A DNA stretch of 63,926 nucleotides, counting the filler, from Octopus bimaculoides (taxonomy: Eukaryota): NCBI RefSeq assembly GCF_001194135.2. It is 6 parts of 6 records of this genome, joined end to end, with 100 filler letters (N's around TTAATTAATTAA, not from the genome) between each part and the next. Parts side by side here need not be neighbours in the genome. Positions count along the whole stretch, not along the records: positions 62,895 to 63,926 come from NW_026308203.1; 5 more parts are not named here. One strand, 5' to 3'. Below are positions 62,895-63,926 of this stretch, in pieces. Position 1 is the stretch's first letter. Every line of letters starts with the position of its first letter. Both the position numbers and the translations under genes were made by a program. The notes beneath the pieces are model-generated. The model did no database searches. It saw only the letters and a list, made by a program, of their open reading frames with translations, and was not told where the DNA came from.

Positions 62895-63926
62895 TATGGG
62901 GAGCTCTATGGCACACTTACCAGGGTGGCACATATGGGGAGCCCTATGGCACACTTACGAGGGTGACACATCCTGGGCGGCACTATGGGGAGCTCTATGG
63001 CACACTTACCAGGGTGGCACATCCATAGCGGCACATATGGGGAGCTCTATGACACACTTACGAGGGTGGCACATATGGGAAGCCATATGGCACATTTGCG
63101 AGGGTGGCACATCCTCGCCGGCACATATGGGGAGCCCTAAGTCACATTTACGAGGGTGGTACATTTTGGCGGCACATATGGGGAGCCCTATGGCACACTT
63201 ACGAGGGTGGCATATCCTGAGTGGCACATCTGGGGAGCACTATGGCACAGTTAGAAAGTGGCACATGGGAGTGTGGTACTTCCAGGGTGGCACATCTGGG
63301 GACAGTTAGAGGCTGGCACATCCGTTTCCGTTAATTTCCGTTGGCTTCCGTTAGTTTCCGATATTTTCCGTTACTTTCCGTTACTTTCCGTTACTTTCCG
63401 ACAGTTTATAAAAATAAAAATAAAATAAAAATAAAACAAAAATAAAAATAAGATAAAGATAAAAAAGATAATAAAAAATAATAAAATAAAATAAAAATTA
63501 AAACAAAAATTAATAAATAAATAAATAAAAATAAAATTAAAATAAAAATAAAAATAAAATAAAAAAATAAAAAACAAATAAAAATGAAAATAAAAGTAAA
63601 ATAAAAATAAGAATAAGAATTAAAATTAAAAATAAAATAAAAATAAAATAAAAATAAAATGAGAAAAACTAAAAATAAAATAAAAATAAAATGAAAATAA
63701 AATGGCACATTTACGAGGGTGGAACATCCTTAGCGGCAGGGAGCTCTATGGCACACTTACGAGGGTGGTATATCCTTAGCGGCACATATGGGGAGCCCTA
63801 TGGGACACTTACGAGGGTCGCACATCCTGGGCGGCACATATGGGGAGCTGTATGGCACACCTACGAGGGTGGCACATCTTTAGCGGCACATATGGGGAGC
63901 CCAATGGCATACTTACGAGGGTGGCA
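62895..63926. repeat. 52-bp (and 38-bp variant) GC-rich minisatellite interrupted by a 10-mer array and an A-rich tract
   Basis: Unit ATATGGGGAGCTCTATGGCACACTTACGAGGGTGGCACATCCTGGGCGGCAC; (TTTCCGTTAC)-like array 63324-63401; (AAAAT)n-like tract 63408-63702; the unit resumes at about 63703. Confidence 0.95.

Noticed and set aside
62896-63309. 137-aa ORF (MGSSMAHL.. repeats)
   Set aside because: Translation of the minisatellite, bounded by a linker gap.

Overview
Repeat-dense, gappy animal genomic DNA, most likely an octopus or other coleoid cephalopod (inferred from the SINE families and microsatellite load; not verified). Five identical 100-bp spacers (44 N + TTAATTAATTAA + 44 N) show the window is six joined scaffold pieces, so adjacency across them is unproven. 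The only supportable host gene is a partial TM2D3/almondex ortholog on + (coding exons 13586-13712, 22173-22411, 26872-27031, phase-compatible GT-AG introns). I could not find its 3' TM2-domain exons in the window. Bases 1-8629 are a CpG-rich (ACGA)/(ACGT) satellite with higher-order structure and inversions. The rest is decayed mobile DNA: Mariner, Tc1, Merlin, a hAT MITE, RTE, R4/Dong-like RLE and CR1-like LINEs, a LINE ORF1, a probable solo LTR, tRNA-derived SINEs, foldback elements, a tRNA-Gly pseudogene and a 52-bp minisatellite. The most unusual signal is at 56139-56420: four tandem copies of a tRNA-Trp primer-binding site. The first two are complementary to about 32 nt of the CCA-tailed tRNA, well past the usual 18 nt. 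They sit behind a long hairpin at the end of a putative LTR and ahead of a gag-like remnant. Nearly all long ORFs in the supplied track are artefacts of simple repeats or N runs. Family assignments rest on recalled motifs; no searches were run.
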